A stretch of 64,000 nt of DNA from an uncultured Chitinophaga sp. (GCA_964641575.1 CAZXMP010000006.1:1627-65626), one strand, 5' to 3'. Positions 38,429-48,408 are shown, counted from the first letter of the stretch. Numbers and translations: made by a program. Notes: generated by a model from the letters alone, not told the origin.

Positions 38429-38482
38429 GGAATGAATAAACAGTTGGATGGAGTGAATTGTAGTTTAAACGGAGTGAATTGT
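38429..38482 (-). promoter_or_regulatory. Three direct repeats at 21-bp period, candidate LytTR binding site
   Basis: GGAATGAATAAA (38429), GGAGTGAATTGT (38450), GGAGTGAATTGT (38471). Confidence 0.7.
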
Positions 38483-38496
38483 GTTTAACGGCTGGT

Positions 38497-38530
38497 AAAA
38501 AAATACCCGTTCTACGAAAAGAACGGGCAT
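38497..38530 (-). terminator. cysS terminator
   Basis: Minus strand ATGCCCGTTCT-tttcgt-AGAACGGGTAT plus T run. Confidence 0.8.
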
Positions 38531-38551
38531 CATATTAAAATAAAGTAGTAG

Positions 38552-40045
38552 TTACTCAGCAGACCAGCTCATATCCCCACCTTTTTCATCCTTCAACGTA
38601 ATTCCTAATTCTGCAAGCTGGTTTCTTATTTTATCAGAGGTAGCAAAATCCTTTTTTGTCTTGGCTTCTTTGCGAATGTCGATCAGCAATTGCATTACGC
38701 CTTGCAGTTTGGCATTGTCTGCTTCATTAGAAGGCTTTAATCCAAATACATCTTCCAGGTAGCTTTTGAATTTTGTTTGCAGCAGCGTCAGAGTTTCTTT
38801 TGACAATGCCGACAACGGTATCGTTTTATCTTTTATTGAATTGATGACCGGCACCAACTCAAACATACTTGCCAATACTCTCGCTGTATTAAAATCATCA
38901 TTCATGTGTTCATCAAACTCTGCAACAAGACCTCTAACCTTTGCATCAAGCTCCGCATCTAGAGACTCTGCTCCCGACACATGGCTCATAACTCCCAACT
39001 TTTCATAAGCATCCCACAATCTTTTCAATCCCTTCTCTGCCGCTTGCAATGCTTCATTGCTAAAATCCAATGTACTGCGGTAATGTGTCTGCAACATAAA
39101 AAATCGGACATTCATTGGCGAATATGCTTTTTCTAATAATGGATGTGACCCACTGAATAATTCTTCCGGCAAAAAACCATTGCCTGCACTCTTACTCATC
39201 CGCACACCATTTACTGTAAGCATGTTGGTATGCATCCAGTATTTTACCGGCGATACTTTATAGCAAGCCTGCGATTGTGCAATTTCATTGGTGTGATGTG
39301 TGGCCGCCAGATCCATTCCGCCTCCGTGTATATCAAATTGTTTTCCCAAATACTTTTCACTCATGGCCGAACATTCAATATGCCAGCCGGGAAAACCCAT
39401 GCCCCAGGGAGAAGGCCATTGCATTAAATGCTCCGGACCTGCTTTTATCCAAAGTGCAAAATCCAGTCGTCCTTTTTTCTCATCTTGCCCGCCAAGTTCT
39501 CTTGTGCCTTCTAACAGATCTTCGAGTTTTCTATTGGTCAAAATACCGTAAGGCTTTTCCGTATTATATTTTTCTACATCAAAATAAACGGTACCATCCA
39601 CCACATAGGCATAACCATTGTCAATGATCTGCTGCGCCATTTTGATTTGTTCGGTAATGTGGCCGGTAGCTGTTGGTTCAATCGTTGGCGGTAATGTATT
39701 GAACAACTCCATCACTTTATGAAAGCCTACCGTGTAGCGTTGTACGATTTCCATTGGCTCCAGTTGTTCCAGTCTTGCTTTCTTAGAAAATTTATCATCA
39801 CCTTCATCTCTGTCGCCTTCAAGGTGACCCGCATCTGTAATGTTGCGAACATACCTCACTTTGTACCCAACATATTTCAGGTAGCGATAAATAATATCGA
39901 ATGAAATAAAAGTGCGGCAATTTCCTAAATGTACATCGCTGTAAACAGTAGGGCCGCAAACATATAAACCAACATGGTTGGGTGTTAGTGGTTCAAAAGG
40001 CTCTTTTGTTCTTGATAAAGTGTTATAAATCTTCAGTTCACTCAT
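38552..40045 (-). CDS. cysS: Cysteine--tRNA ligase
   Basis: CGPTVY..VHLGN, PGWHIECSAM, HGGG, RMSKS. Confidence 0.98.
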   Translation of the reverse strand: MSELKIYNTLSRTKEPFEPLTPNHVGLYVCGPTVYSDVHLGNCRTFISFDIIYRYLKYVGYKVRYVRNITDAGHLEGDRDEGDDKFSKKARLEQLEPMEIVQRYTVGFHKVMELFNTLPPTIEPTATGHITEQIKMAQQIIDNGYAYVVDGTVYFDVEKYNTEKPYGILTNRKLEDLLEGTRELGGQDEKKGRLDFALWIKAGPEHLMQWPSPWGMGFPGWHIECSAMSEKYLGKQFDIHGGGMDLAATHHTNEIAQSQACYKVSPVKYWMHTNMLTVNGVRMSKSAGNGFLPEELFSGSHPLLEKAYSPMNVRFFMLQTHYRSTLDFSNEALQAAEKGLKRLWDAYEKLGVMSHVSGAESLDAELDAKVRGLVAEFDEHMNDDFNTARVLASMFELVPVINSIKDKTIPLSALSKETLTLLQTKFKSYLEDVFGLKPSNEADNAKLQGVMQLLIDIRKEAKTKKDFATSDKIRNQLAELGITLKDEKGGDMSWSAE

Positions 40046-40244
40046 AATACTGATTGGCTAAAATTGAAAAATTGAAATAGGTATTGTGCCGGCACGGCAA
40101 AAGTAGCAATTATGCTGTCAACAGGGACAACAGCAATAAGAGGTATGAAATACAATGTGTTTCATTGTTTCAAAGATAGTGTTTTCAGTGACAAATTTTA
40201 ACCCGGCAGAACTTCCGCACTTTAAGCATTGACTTAAAAAACAC

Positions 40245-40281
40245 CACGCCAAACTCCGAACTTATAACTCCGAACTCCAAA
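40245..40281. repeat. AACTCCG heptamer array at the EEP gene 3' end
   Basis: Minus strand tggagtt-cggagtt-ataagtt-cggagtt-tggcgtg. Confidence 0.7.
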
Positions 40282-40287
40282 CTTTTC

Positions 40288-41406
40288 TCACTTCTTCAAC
40301 TCAACATCTGCCACTATCATATAATGATCGGAATATCTTCGAACAATGCGGTTAAACTGGTTGATCTTAAAATTTTTATCGGCAAAAATATAATCAATAC
40401 GAAGTGTGGGTGATAATGCAGAAAAAGTGCGGCCAATGCCAAATCCTTTTTTCAAAAAAGCATCCTGCAGGCTACCCCGCACCGTTGCATAGGTATACGA
40501 ATTAGGCACATCATTCAAATCAGCAGCAAACAAAACAGGATGTGGGCTATCGCCAATTACCTCACTCACCACATCTGCCTGCAGGCTGCGGTTAGTAAAG
40601 CCCCGTTTAATTTTTGATAAAATATTTCTCGAATTGGCCACCAGGCTGTCTTCCCCACTTTTTATTTTTCCAATTCTATCATAATCATTTTTGCCAAGCT
40701 GTAATGATTGCAGGTGGGTTGTATAAATACGGATAGTATCAGCACCTATTTTAATGTCTGCATGGATCAGTGCATCCGGTAAACTAGGCCGGGGATAACG
40801 AATTTTACCATTGTCAATAATCGGGTAGCGGGAAAAAATAATAGAGCTGTAAAAGTGATTGTCGCCATCCGCATCAAACGAAAAATAAAAATGCGGATAG
40901 CCTAGATCCTGAACAGCTTTTATATTGTTGTAATAAGAAGAGTCTAGAGATGTATGAAATTCCTGCAAACAAAGCACATCTGCATTTTGCTCACGGAGCA
41001 AGTCCAGCATTTTTAATCTTGTCTGGCTTCCTTTATTGGTGTTACGTTTTAATTCAATAAACCGGGCCACATTCCAGCTTACTACCCGTAGGTTCCCTTG
41101 TTCCTTTTTAGATTTAAATGAAGTCGGAGCATGAAAAGCAAAAAAAACTATGATGCTTTTAATACCCAATACTAATGCCACCCCTGAAATTATAGCTAAC
41201 CGGGGCTTTAATACCATTAACCAGGTTATAGCAAATACAATAACGGCCACCAGTAAAAAAGGAAAAGCCAAACTTAAAAATGAAATGAACCACCACTTAC
41301 CGGGATTAAGAGATGATGCCAAACAAGACAGTAAAAAGAAAATTACAACCGCTATGTTAGTGTAAATAAAAAACCGCCTGGTAAAGATTGCAAACTTATT
41401 GGCCAT
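40288..41406 (-). CDS. Membrane-anchored endonuclease/exonuclease/phosphatase family protein
   Basis: Three N-terminal TM helices; SWNV, LCLQE, ADLND, RIDYIF, SDH. Confidence 0.9.
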   Translation of the reverse strand: MANKFAIFTRRFFIYTNIAVVIFFLLSCLASSLNPGKWWFISFLSLAFPFLLVAVIVFAITWLMVLKPRLAIISGVALVLGIKSIIVFFAFHAPTSFKSKKEQGNLRVVSWNVARFIELKRNTNKGSQTRLKMLDLLREQNADVLCLQEFHTSLDSSYYNNIKAVQDLGYPHFYFSFDADGDNHFYSSIIFSRYPIIDNGKIRYPRPSLPDALIHADIKIGADTIRIYTTHLQSLQLGKNDYDRIGKIKSGEDSLVANSRNILSKIKRGFTNRSLQADVVSEVIGDSPHPVLFAADLNDVPNSYTYATVRGSLQDAFLKKGFGIGRTFSALSPTLRIDYIFADKNFKINQFNRIVRRYSDHYMIVADVELKK

Positions 41407-41532
41407 TGATGCAATTTAAGAAAAAGAGAAGAATAGCCATCCGCTAAACCAGAGTTCTTGACAAGAGGCATATTTCAAATGTTGAAACGCAATTAAGTAC
41501 AAAGGAATATCAGCTCAAAAAACTTGAGCCTA

Positions 41533-42462
41533 TCAATTTATTTCATCTTCACTAGCTCTCCGCAATAGATCTTTCTCTTCTTCTGAAAGATGATCGTAGC
41601 CCATTTGATGCACTTTCTCCAATACTTCATCAACCCGTTGGGCTGTTACATTGGGAGTTTTTATGTACGGAGCCGATGTGGATTTATAAAAGAGTTCTTC
41701 TTTCAGGTTCCTGTTCTTACTTTGTTTTTCAGGATTAAAAAGATTGCCAAACCAATCAAAGAAATTACTCATCCAGTTGCTCCAATCATACCCACGACGC
41801 AGAAAGAATATAAATAAGAAACCCGTTAAGGCACCTGCTACATTTATTATAATGTTGATCGTATCGCTAAAAGAAATGGTCAGTAAGCTGGTAACAACGT
41901 AAAAAGCTGTTAATACCCATAACGGCATACCACCGCTTAGTAAAGGGAAAATTTTATAGCCCGGTGCAATCATTGTGGTAGTGATAGCTACTGCCATCAC
42001 ACCTGCGGAAGCTCCCATGGTGGTAACAAAAGGAAGCTGTTCTTTTAGCGATGGCATCAGGTTAGCAGCCACCAGAAAAGCTATAGCACCGCCTAAAGCT
42101 CCATAAATAAAGACAGGAATGATTTTTTTATTGCCGGTTATATCCTGCATAATGTAGCCAAAAGCCCAGAGCCAGATCATATTGGTGAACACTTTCCAAA
42201 CATTATCATGCACAAACATATGAGTGATGATGGTCCAGGGCTTGCTTAATAATTTATCTGTATCTGCCGGCAACACAAATAAGCCCAATACATTCTTATT
42301 AAAAAATGGTAGTGCCAGATCTTTCTGGTAAGTGAAGTACGATACGGCCTTCATAAAGGCCAGCCCCACATATGCAATAAGACAAATTGCAATCAGCAGC
42401 ATCAGTGCATTATCGCTTTGTCCCAGTGTTATTTTCTGTTTGTATTTTTTCTCGGAGTACAT
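41533..42462 (-). CDS. Rhomboid-family intramembrane protease (C-terminal DUF6576-like tail); second catalytic His not evident
   Basis: WTIITHMFVH, GASAG; NVAGALTG in place of HxGG. Confidence 0.8.
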   Translation of the reverse strand: MYSEKKYKQKITLGQSDNALMLLIAICLIAYVGLAFMKAVSYFTYQKDLALPFFNKNVLGLFVLPADTDKLLSKPWTIITHMFVHDNVWKVFTNMIWLWAFGYIMQDITGNKKIIPVFIYGALGGAIAFLVAANLMPSLKEQLPFVTTMGASAGVMAVAITTTMIAPGYKIFPLLSGGMPLWVLTAFYVVTSLLTISFSDTINIIINVAGALTGFLFIFFLRRGYDWSNWMSNFFDWFGNLFNPEKQSKNRNLKEELFYKSTSAPYIKTPNVTAQRVDEVLEKVHQMGYDHLSEEEKDLLRRASEDEIN

Positions 42463-42527
42463 TGGTCAATTGGCAATGGTGAAAAGTCAATTACAAAGGT
42501 CGCTATATTTTGACTTTTTATTCTTAT

Positions 42528-43265
42528 TTAATACAACGTCTTTCTGTTGGTTTTGTTCCAGATCATTACAATAATAAAACCTGTTAAGGCACCACCAAGG
42601 TGAGCAAAGTGGGCAATATTGTCACCTGTTACTTGTGCAACGCCTCCAAATAAATCAAGGGCTACAAATCCCAGAATAGCCCATTTGGCTTTTACAGGCA
42701 CTGGAATAAACATTATATATAATTCTGTGTTCGGAAAAGTGAGTGCAAAAGCTGCCATCACCCCCATTACGGCTCCGGAAGCACCTAATGCTGGAGCTGC
42801 AGCTCCAATTTTGGCCTGCACTCCTACCATGTCGTTAGCTTCAGCTAGTTGTAACAATTGCTCACAACGAAAGTATTGAATAGCAAGGTGAAGTGCAGCA
42901 GCACCAACACCACAAGCAAGATAAAAGAATAAAAATCGTTTGGGACCCCATACATTTTCTAACACTCTTCCAAACATAAACAAAGCAAACATGTTAAAAA
43001 ATATGTGAAAAATTATGGAAGGAGAATGCGCAAACATGTGCGTGGCAACCTGATAAGGCTGAAATTTTTGAGAGCTTTCCAGTCCCCCATGCTCAACTAA
43101 AAAAGCATGTAACTTCTCTGGCATTAGAGGCCACATCATCACCTTTTCTGTCAATTCATAATCTTGTAGTAGCAGCTGTGCTACAAAAACCAATACATTA
43201 ATAATGATAAGATTTTTTACTATCGGCGGAAATCTATCTACACGGGTTGGTCGAAAATTACTCAT
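42528..43265 (-). CDS. Rhomboid-family intramembrane serine protease
   Basis: HIFFNM, GASG, AHFAHLGGA. Confidence 0.92.
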   Translation of the reverse strand: MSNFRPTRVDRFPPIVKNLIIINVLVFVAQLLLQDYELTEKVMMWPLMPEKLHAFLVEHGGLESSQKFQPYQVATHMFAHSPSIIFHIFFNMFALFMFGRVLENVWGPKRFLFFYLACGVGAAALHLAIQYFRCEQLLQLAEANDMVGVQAKIGAAAPALGASGAVMGVMAAFALTFPNTELYIMFIPVPVKAKWAILGFVALDLFGGVAQVTGDNIAHFAHLGGALTGFIIVMIWNKTNRKTLY

Positions 43266-43321
43266 AGGGCAAAAGTAGTTTTAATTAATTGGCGGTTTTG
43301 TATAAAAATTTATTTTAACTG

Positions 43322-44845
43322 TTATTTCAACTTCAACTGCACTACATTTTCTATATGGTGTGTATGCGGAAACATATCAACGGGTTGCACTTTTGTTACG
43401 GCGTATTTTGCATCCAGCAATTGCAGATCTCTTGCCTGGGTAGCCGGGTTGCAACTTACATATACAACGGTTGGTGCGGCGATATCCAAAATTTTCTGCA
43501 CCAGTTTATCATGCATACCGGCTCTTGGCGGGTCGGTGATGATTACATCTGGCCGTCCATGTGTCGCAAAAAATTCATCATTGCAAATATCAATTACATC
43601 GCCGGCAAAAAAAGCCGCCGCCGTTAAATTATTCAACGCTGCGTTTTCTTTGGCATCGTTTATTGCGGCAGCGATCATTTCTACCCCAATAATTTTTTTG
43701 GCTTTATCACTTACAAAAATGCCGATGCTTCCCGTGCCGCAATACAGATCGTACACAATTTCATTACCAGTCAACTCTGCAAAATCTCTTGTTACCTGGT
43801 ACAATCTTTCGCCTTGCTTTGTATTGGTTTGAAAAAAAGATTTCGGTCCGATCTTAAATTGAAAATCTTCTAATTTTTCAATCACATATCCTTTGCCTGA
43901 ATAAGTTACCGGCTCAAGATCAAACAAACTATCATTCCATTTTAAGTTAACCGTATAAAGCAATGTGGTAATGGATGGGAACTTATTGGCGACATATTCC
44001 ATCAGCAATTTTATTTTAGCTGGATCATCTTCACTTACCATGATATTTACCATTAGTTCACCGGTAGTACAAAGTCGCACCTGCATGGTTCTTAAAAAAC
44101 CTACATGATTACGAATATCATAAAAAGGCCAGCCTTGCTGAATGGCAAATTCCTTGACTGCCAATCTTATTTCATTGGTCGGTTCGGCTTGTAAATAACA
44201 GGTTTGAATATCTACCACTTTATCAAAAAAACCTTTGGCATGAAAACCGGCAACAGTCCCGGCCTCCCTGCCCTCCGAAGGAGGGTTCTTAGAGTTTATA
44301 AACTCAATTGTCGTTTCCAAATTGTTAGAGTCTAAAGCCCCTCCTTCGGAGGGGTTTGGGGAGGTCTTGCTTTCTGCATTGCGAATTCTTTCTTCTCTAC
44401 TAGGTGGTTTTTGTTTTGTAAACTCTTTATTCCCAAAAGTGTATTCCAGTTTATTCCGGTAATACCTTGTCTCAGCTCCACCAATAATAGGTTCTATTGC
44501 AGGTAATGCTACTTTGCCTATCCGTGTCAATACATCTGTAACCTGCTTCGTTTTATATTGCAATTGCTTTTCATACGGAAGCATTTGCCATTGGCAGCCG
44601 CCACATACACCAAAATGGGAGCAAAACGGAGTAACTCTATCAGCAGAAAATGAGTGAATCTGTACTGCCCTTCCTTCCGCCCAGTCCTTTTTGCTTTTGG
44701 AAAGCTGTACATCTACCAGATCTCCCGGCACCGCCCCTTCTATAAAAACAACTTTTCCATCTAACCGGGCCAGGCTTTTGCCTTCAGCAGCATAATCTTC
44801 TACCAGCACTTTCTCCAGCAGTATGTTTTTCTTTTTTCTTTTCAC
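43322..44845 (-). CDS. rlmD: 23S rRNA (uracil-5)-methyltransferase with TRAM domain
   Basis: CSHFGVCGGC, SFFQTN, DLYCGTGSIG, DPPRAG, YVSCNP, DMFPHT. GTG start. Confidence 0.92.
   Translation of the reverse strand: MKRKKKNILLEKVLVEDYAAEGKSLARLDGKVVFIEGAVPGDLVDVQLSKSKKDWAEGRAVQIHSFSADRVTPFCSHFGVCGGCQWQMLPYEKQLQYKTKQVTDVLTRIGKVALPAIEPIIGGAETRYYRNKLEYTFGNKEFTKQKPPSREERIRNAESKTSPNPSEGGALDSNNLETTIEFINSKNPPSEGREAGTVAGFHAKGFFDKVVDIQTCYLQAEPTNEIRLAVKEFAIQQGWPFYDIRNHVGFLRTMQVRLCTTGELMVNIMVSEDDPAKIKLLMEYVANKFPSITTLLYTVNLKWNDSLFDLEPVTYSGKGYVIEKLEDFQFKIGPKSFFQTNTKQGERLYQVTRDFAELTGNEIVYDLYCGTGSIGIFVSDKAKKIIGVEMIAAAINDAKENAALNNLTAAAFFAGDVIDICNDEFFATHGRPDVIITDPPRAGMHDKLVQKILDIAAPTVVYVSCNPATQARDLQLLDAKYAVTKVQPVDMFPHTHHIENVVQLKLK
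44262..44364. repeat. Inverted pair of REP-like palindromes inside rlmD (third copy at 9645-9678 in paaD)
   Basis: TCTAAAGCCCCTCCTTCGGAGGGGTTTGGGGAGG matches the paaD copy 31/34; an inverted copy lies at 44262-44293. Confidence 0.85.
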
Positions 44846-45004
44846 GGCGCAAATATACCCCTAACCGTTAAAGGGAATAAACATCGTCTTTCCCCTTTTT
44901 AAAAGCAACGAAATCGCCCCCTACCGCCTCTTTAGAGAACTTTTCACTTTTACGCTTCAGCGGCTTGGAGTTTTTAGATAACTTTACCCGATTTATTCAT
45001 ACGT

Positions 45005-46435
45005 ATGAAAAAAGGATTATTTCTACTGACCCTACTTTGCTCTACTGCTGTTTTTGCTCAAAATGCTTACGAAATTAAAGTAACGTTTAAGCCATTTAAG
45101 AAGCAATACATTTACCTGGGTCACTATTTTGGTAAAACATATCCCATAATTGATTCTGCTTTGCTCAATGAGAATAGCGAAGCTGTTTTTAAAGGCTCCA
45201 AAAAATTACCCGGTGGAATTTATTTAGTAGGCTATCCCAACAAAACCGGCTTTTTTGAAATATTAATTGATAAGCAACAAAAATTCTCCATCGTTGCAGA
45301 CACTACCACTATAAAAAATGGAGTGCAGTTTCAAAACTCACCCGATAATGTAATGTTTGCAGCTTACCAGCAATACATGTCTGCAAAAGGACAAAAAATC
45401 GCAAGCTTACAACAGCAGATAAAGACAGCTTCTAAAGCAGATTCTGTTATCCTTACTGCCCAACTTATTAAAGAAGATAGTGCCGTAGCAGCTTATCGTG
45501 AAAATATTATCACTAAAAATCAGGGTACTATTCTCAGCACACTCTTAGCATCTATGCAGGAGCCAGTGCTTACAGGTAAGTTAAAGGACCCTGCTACCAA
45601 AGAAGATTCACTGGCGGCCTATGCATATTATAAAGGTCATTTTTGGGATGGTGTAAATTTTTGGGATGGCCGTTTATCCTACACTCCTTTTTTTGAGGAT
45701 AAGGTCGATAAATATTTTGAGCAATTAGTAGTTCCCCAACCAGATTCCGTTATTAAAGAATTAGACTTTATGCTCGGTCCCGCATCCATAAACGAAGAGA
45801 TGAGCCGCTTTTTGCTGATAAAATTTGTGAACCGTTACCTGAATCAAAAATACATGTGGGAAGACCAGGTGTTTGTTCACCTGTTTGAAAAATATTTTGC
45901 GAATAAAAACTATTCATGGCTTAATGAGCAAGGCAAGAAAACAATTACCGACAGAGCTTATAGCCTGATGGCAAATATTATGGGCACTCCTGCTGCAGAA
46001 ATTGCTTTACCCGATTCAAGCGGCAAAACAATTTCTATGTATGACATGGAGGCTGCTTATACAGTGGTAGCTTTTTGGGATCCGGCCTGTGGTCATTGTA
46101 AAGAAGTACTTCCAAAACTAGATTCTTTTTATCATGCAAAATGGAAAGCTGCGGGACTTAAAATATTTGCAGTAGCCAAAGAAACCGATGCGCCTAAAAA
46201 AGATTGGATGGCTTTTGTAAACGAATATCATTTGCAGGAGTGGGCACATGTTTATTACTCGAAGGCAGATGACAAGGCAAGAATTACTGCAGGCATTCCC
46301 GGCTACTCACAGTTATACGATATACAGTCGTTCCCTACATTATATTTGCTGGACAAAGACAAGCGGATTATTGCCAAGAAACTGAGTTACCAGCAAATTG
46401 ACGAGGTGCTGCAATTAAAGATGAAGGGACAATAA
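45005..46435 (+). CDS. Redoxin/TlpA-domain protein with DUF4369/DUF5106-like N-terminus
   Basis: Signal peptide; FWDPACGHC; SFPTLYLLD. Confidence 0.8.
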   Translation: MKKGLFLLTLLCSTAVFAQNAYEIKVTFKPFKKQYIYLGHYFGKTYPIIDSALLNENSEAVFKGSKKLPGGIYLVGYPNKTGFFEILIDKQQKFSIVADTTTIKNGVQFQNSPDNVMFAAYQQYMSAKGQKIASLQQQIKTASKADSVILTAQLIKEDSAVAAYRENIITKNQGTILSTLLASMQEPVLTGKLKDPATKEDSLAAYAYYKGHFWDGVNFWDGRLSYTPFFEDKVDKYFEQLVVPQPDSVIKELDFMLGPASINEEMSRFLLIKFVNRYLNQKYMWEDQVFVHLFEKYFANKNYSWLNEQGKKTITDRAYSLMANIMGTPAAEIALPDSSGKTISMYDMEAAYTVVAFWDPACGHCKEVLPKLDSFYHAKWKAAGLKIFAVAKETDAPKKDWMAFVNEYHLQEWAHVYYSKADDKARITAGIPGYSQLYDIQSFPTLYLLDKDKRIIAKKLSYQQIDEVLQLKMKGQ

Positions 46436-46463
46436 GCAATCGACTTTCTGAATATTATATACT

Positions 46464-48407
46464 ATGAAAAAAATCATCTTTGCCGCCGTTACCTGTTGCG
46501 TAATGTCGGCCGCTTCTTCCCAAACACTTTTTACCTATGGCAACCAAACTGTTGATGCCAAAGAGTTTTTAAAAGCTTACAAAAAAAATAATACCGCTAC
46601 CACGGCCAATAAAGCTAAATCAATCAGTGACTATCTTGACCTGTACATCAGCTCAAGATTAAAAGTTCGGGAAGCTTATGAAAGAAGATATGATACATTA
46701 CCCCAGGTATCAAACGAAATAAAAAATCTCCGGGCACAGATTGCAGATAATTACATGACGGACCCAACTATCATGGATCGTTTGTCAAAAGAAGCTTTTC
46801 AGCGAAGCCTGAAAGATATTCATGTGGCGCATATTTTTATTTCCTTTAAAAACACCTATGGTGCGGTTGATACCGCCACTGCGTGGCAAAAGAAAGAAGC
46901 AGCATTAAAACAATTAAATGAAGGAGCAGATTTTTTAACTGTGGCGCAGCAATATTCAGACGACCCGGCAGCAAAAACAAACAAAGGCGATCTGGGATAT
47001 ATAACTGCCTTTACCCTTCCCTATGAATTTGAAAATCTAGTTTACAATACAGCGGCTGGAAAACATTCTGTGTTGTATCGTTCCAAAGCTGGCTTTCATC
47101 TATTTAAAAATTTAGGCGAAAGAAAAGCGGCAGGTAAAATTAAAGTGCAGCAAATATTGTTAGCCATTCCTCCGGGTTCTGATGAGCCGTCAAAAAAACA
47201 AATTGCTTTACTGGCTGATTCTATATACAAACGTCTGCTTGCAGGAAGTGATTTTTCTACGCTGGCCACACAATTCAGTAATGATTATGTAAGTGCAGCT
47301 ACGGGCGGAAACATTCCGGACATAAGTGTTGGCCAATATGATCCTGCTTTTGAAAATATGTTGTGGTCGTTGCCAAAAGATGGAGCAATTGGAAAGCCTT
47401 TCCTAACATCACATGGCTGGCATATTGTAAAAAGAGTTTCAAGAAAACCTATTGTTACTGACGCCCAAAATAAAGCCAACCTAAAAGATATTGAGCAGAA
47501 AGTAATGGCCGATAAAAGATGGAAAACTTCTACCGATTTTATTTATGAGCGGATAAACAGCCGGGGGCTTTACAAAAAGCATTCATTCAATAATGATGCT
47601 TTGTGGGCTGTGGCAGATAGTATGTTTAATTTTCAGCCGATGAGAGAGGCTGGTAAATTAATAAGCGAAACAACTCCCTTGTTTTCTATTGGTGATTCTG
47701 CTTATACCGTTGGCAACTGGATTGGCTATGGCCGCACTAACCGCTTTAATGAAGATGGCAGCGGTGCCAAAGCACATACCCAGGTGCTGGATGAATACCA
47801 AAAATCAGCAATGAAAGATTATTATCGTAATCACCTGGAAGATTTTAATGCTGATTTTAAAGAGCAAATGACAGAGTTCGCAGATGGCAACCTGTTTTTT
47901 GAAATAATGCAGCGGGAAGTTTGGGATAAAGCACAAAGTGATTCAACTGCGCTGCTTGAAATGTATAGGAAAAACAAAAAGAATTATACCTGGAAACAAA
48001 GTGCTGACGCAGTTGTATTTTTCTGCTCCGATCAGATTGTAGCTACCAATATTTACAACGAATTAAAAAAGACACCAGCCGATTGGAGAAAAATTATTAT
48101 TGGGTTAAGTGAGAAAGTAGTAACTGATTCTTCAAAATATACCTGGGATCAGATTCCTAATCTTGGAACAACCATACCTAAAGCAGGGATGGTTACTGCA
48201 CCACTGATAAATACAAATGACAATACTGCTTCCTTTGCTTACATCGTAAATGTGTACCCCCAACCCATACAACGAACATTTGCCGAAGCAAGGGGATTGA
48301 TTGTAAATGACTATCAAACTATCATAGAAGAGCAATGGGATGAAGCGTTGAAAAAGAAATACCCAGTGATGATAGATAAAAATATATTAGCAAGTATATC
48401 GAAATAA
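46464..48407 (+). CDS. Parvulin-type peptidyl-prolyl isomerase (SurA-like)
   Basis: Two rotamase domains (HVAHIF...GDLGY...AGFH; QQILL...GGNIP...HGWHIVK). Confidence 0.88.
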   Translation: MKKIIFAAVTCCVMSAASSQTLFTYGNQTVDAKEFLKAYKKNNTATTANKAKSISDYLDLYISSRLKVREAYERRYDTLPQVSNEIKNLRAQIADNYMTDPTIMDRLSKEAFQRSLKDIHVAHIFISFKNTYGAVDTATAWQKKEAALKQLNEGADFLTVAQQYSDDPAAKTNKGDLGYITAFTLPYEFENLVYNTAAGKHSVLYRSKAGFHLFKNLGERKAAGKIKVQQILLAIPPGSDEPSKKQIALLADSIYKRLLAGSDFSTLATQFSNDYVSAATGGNIPDISVGQYDPAFENMLWSLPKDGAIGKPFLTSHGWHIVKRVSRKPIVTDAQNKANLKDIEQKVMADKRWKTSTDFIYERINSRGLYKKHSFNNDALWAVADSMFNFQPMREAGKLISETTPLFSIGDSAYTVGNWIGYGRTNRFNEDGSGAKAHTQVLDEYQKSAMKDYYRNHLEDFNADFKEQMTEFADGNLFFEIMQREVWDKAQSDSTALLEMYRKNKKNYTWKQSADAVVFFCSDQIVATNIYNELKKTPADWRKIIIGLSEKVVTDSSKYTWDQIPNLGTTIPKAGMVTAPLINTNDNTASFAYIVNVYPQPIQRTFAEARGLIVNDYQTIIEEQWDEALKKKYPVMIDKNILASISK

Positions 48408-48408
48408 A

